Assembly: GCA_050273025.1 (NCBI GenBank)
Contig: CP158635.1
Span: 1,984,001 to 2,048,000 of the forward strand
Length of the DNA stretch: 64,000 bases
From: Cenococcum geophilum
Lineage: Eukaryota
Reading direction: 5' to 3'
Part shown: piece after piece, positions 62,451 through 64,000 of the stretch
Layout: each line of letters opens with the position of its first letter
How positions within the stretch are numbered: the stretch's first letter is position 1
The notes under the pieces: model-generated
What the model saw: the letters and a program-made list of their open reading frames with translations, nothing else
What the model was told of the DNA's origin: nothing
Databases searched by the model: none
Position numbers and translations under genes: made by a program

Positions 62451-64000
62451 TAAAGAGTATCCCATGCGCCGTTAAGGCGTACGCCAAAAGAGGCCTATGC
62501 GCGAACACTAAAATATTAACACGCTCCTCCGAGGACTTAATTCGGCTGTGCTTTATACAATATACCCCTTTATAAAGAAGGACCTTGCTAGCCTAATTAG
62601 CATACAATAGAATCAATTATATATAAATTTTAAGCTTTATTATAACGATTTAGAGCCTTAATTCGCTGATTAAATTTACGACTTTATTTCGCCAAGACTT
62701 AATTCAATCTAGTGACTCTAGTTGGTTTGCTTGTGCGTACGCCTTTTTTAACGGCGTATAGGATAGCACCACTATTACCTAGTCCTGTTTTCGCCGCGTC
62801 TCGCTTCTTATTGAATTCCCTAAAGAAATTAGATAAACGAAGCGCATTTAATTTCTTTATTTATCTAGTTTACTAAGGGGAACGAGAGTAATAATCGCAT
62901 TGACTCGTATAAACCATTACCTGTATAGATTGTGACTATTATATAACCCCACTTTTATGTAAGTAAGCACGGATAAAATGTACGTCCCCTGCTTTATCCC
63001 TGCTGATCCCTTATTCGTAACTTGTTTAGTAAAAAGCCCAGCGCATAACAAATGCAACGCGTATATTACGGCACAGCTTTTATAGAGCAGAAAGCCGAAG
63101 AGCCCATAATGATAAGAAATCTAAAGCACAATCTTACCTCTACCAACCCGCAACCGAGCGCGAGCGTTAACTACGGCACAGCTTTATAGAGCAGGGGGCC
63201 CAGGAACTTGACTTTTCTCTTAGAATTTCTAGACCACTTTTACGATTTTTGCGGGTGAGCTGCATAAATTCTCTATTAAATGACGTTTATTCTTTAAAAA
63301 AAAAATTCTTTATTAAACACGCCAAAAACTCCAAACCGCCGTCCTCTGGTAATCTATTCCTAAGCTCTTGTTAAACTATTAATCACTTAAGGAGTAGCTA
63401 CCGAATATATAAGGCACGCTCCACACTTAACCAGCTATCGTCAGTTCTACCAACGTTTTAATTTACGGAATGGCTTTCCAAAAATCGCCTACGGAGGGTA
63501 ATATGCCTACGCATACCGCCGATGCTAGAGAAGTCAATACATACAGCTTCTTATACTGCTTTATTAGTGGAAATGGTATAGCATCTAGCCAAACCTCTAA
63601 CACTTAATATCCAGATTTATATACCTCCACTCTATTTATAGAGGGCCTAGAGGATATATTAGCGCTTAAAAAGGTATATATGCCTCTTAGAAGTATTCTA
63701 CTTATTTAACAGAATGGTAACTATAGGAGGAAAGGGTAGCCTTAGAGCAAAGGGTAAAGGTACTAGAGGGTAAGTAGGAGAAGCTTATAGAATTAGAAGT
63801 ACGCATATCCCTATAGGCCATTTTAAATTTGGCTAATAAAGTACACCTATAGAAACGGAATAGAGTTTTATGGCTAAGAGTTAATACAATAGAGTCTGTC
63901 TTTAAAAATGTAATTAAGTTGGTGTTTAAGAAACATATTAAAGAGGATTAGGTATAAAATATTCCTCTAGCGATATAAACAGCCTAACATAAAATAATAG

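Larger units (their letters stand above)
1..64000. mobile_element. RIP-inactivated gene-dense accessory region, probably the internal cargo of a Starship-like giant element (termini and captain not seen)
   Basis: TpA-rich throughout. All recognisable genes are broken by TAA/TAG at Gln/Trp positions. Gene content (FRE + MADS-like pair, degenerate kinase, BTB, TPR, PD-(D/E)XK, HeLo-like) resembles fungal accessory/Starship cargo. RIP is well supported; the Starship identity is inference. Confidence 0.55.

Noticed and set aside
1..64000. Alternative genetic code (TAA/TAG = Gln) as the explanation for in-frame stops
   Set aside because: TAG also replaces Trp, and conserved His, Cys, Gly, Asp and Met are changed by C>T/G>A transitions. 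This is mutation by RIP, not recoding.
1..64000. Starship captain (DUF3435 tyrosine recombinase), DUF3723 or patatin-like genes
   Set aside because: No motifs recognised by eye. They could lie outside the window or be too degraded to see.

Overview
This is eukaryotic DNA, most likely from a filamentous ascomycete, that has been heavily mutated by Repeat-Induced Point mutation (RIP). TpA is very abundant. In-frame stops sit where Gln (CAA/CAG) or Trp (TGG) is expected, starts often read ATA, and duplicated segments differ almost only by C/T and G/A transitions. I found no intact gene, but manual translation with RIP reversed shows a gene-dense run of about 25 pseudogenes with GT..AG introns. 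Recognisable relics: a TPR protein, a ferric reductase/NOX-like gene divergent from a MADS/SRF-like gene, a DUF6914-like protein, an APH-family phosphotransferase, two BTB/POZ proteins, a gasdermin-like fragment, a HeLo-like N-terminal STAND domain, a PD-(D/E)XK nuclease, an AA11 LPMO, a SUR7/PalI-like membrane protein, RING-, Myb- and PHD-like remnants, a degenerate kinase and a nucleoside 2-deoxyribosyltransferase-like gene. This set resembles the cargo of a Starship-type giant element, but no captain tyrosine recombinase or terminus was seen. The most unusual non-coding structure is a 0.4-0.5 kb segment carrying a ~65-bp loop-less palindrome. It is present twice, in opposite orientations relative to homologous flanks, with GC dinucleotide breakpoints. 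Also present are a TA-flanked Tc1/mariner-type MITE, a 72-bp hairpin insertion with its empty site, a twice-repeated hairpin-CTAG motif, and GGTGGAT-type arrays near gene starts. All family calls come from motif recognition by eye, not database searches, and pseudogene boundaries are approximate.
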